Below, one piece after another: positions 11,376-11,438 of a DNA stretch of 11,438 nt. Source of the DNA: a virus. Lineage: Duplodnaviria; Heunggongvirae; Uroviricota; Caudoviricetes. The notes beneath the pieces were generated by a model that worked only from the letters and a program-made list of their open reading frames with translations, made no database searches and had not been told where the DNA came from. Positions within the stretch are counted from its first letter, which is position 1. Every line of letters begins with the position of its first letter. Both the position numbers and the translations under genes were made by a program. The DNA is taken from the IMG/VR virus record IMGVR_UViG_2778261246_000003; one strand, given 5' to 3'.

Positions 11376-11438
11376 ATGTCTAACACTAGTTCTAATTTTG
11401 AGATGGCTGGCGTTTTGTTAGGAAAAGAGGTGCGTAAA
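11376..11438 (+). CDS. 5' end of a further ORF (MSNTSSNFEMAGVLLGKEVRK...), running off the window
   Basis: ATG at 11376 with an open frame to the window edge, about 95 nt downstream of the 273-aa gene on the same strand. Too short to classify. Confidence 0.3.
   Translation, partial: MSNTSSNFEMAGVLLGKEVRK

Larger units (their letters stand above)
8813..11438 (+). mobile_element. 5' end of an integrase-bearing integrative element (P4/CP4-57-type island or PICI-like satellite): int - alpA - AT-rich cargo
   Basis: The GC content drops at 8813, and a tyrosine integrase and AlpA-family regulator in the same orientation are followed by very AT-rich ORFs. This layout is typical of the integrase-proximal end of P4-like islands and of Gram-negative PICIs. 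The right boundary is outside the window. Confidence 0.6.

Noticed and set aside
10812-11386. Minus-strand ORFs 10812-11000 and 11180-11386
   Set aside because: Antisense to the 273-aa gene in extremely AT-rich DNA, where such open frames arise by chance; low-complexity translations.

Overview
This 11.4-kb window is a mosaic of three compositionally distinct blocks, consistent with an accessory region of an E. coli-like enterobacterial genome. (1) About 1-2240: a medium/low-GC cluster of small accessory ('moron') genes of the kind found in the late region of lambdoid prophages. It holds a CspA-family cold-shock gene with a cspA-like promoter and long 5' UTR, a small Cys-rich ORF, a 76-aa ORF, a GnsA/GnsB-family gene, and two minus-strand small genes. 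(2) About 2240-8812: GC-rich DNA that I recognise as near-identical to phage lambda. It runs from the lambda right end through cosQ-cosN-cosB into Nu1, A, W, B, C (with nested Nu3), D and only the first 82 codons of the major capsid gene E. (3) 8813-11438: foreign, increasingly AT-rich DNA that begins exactly where E homology stops. It encodes a P4/CP4-57-type tyrosine integrase, an AlpA-family regulator, an uncharacterised 273-aa protein and the start of a further ORF that leaves the window. The most interesting candidates are the 273-aa cargo protein (possibly with the partial ORF after it) and the precise junction between the capsid gene and the integrase-bearing element. No rRNA, tRNA or CRISPR array was seen. 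All homology statements come from memory of protein and lambda sequences, not from a database search.
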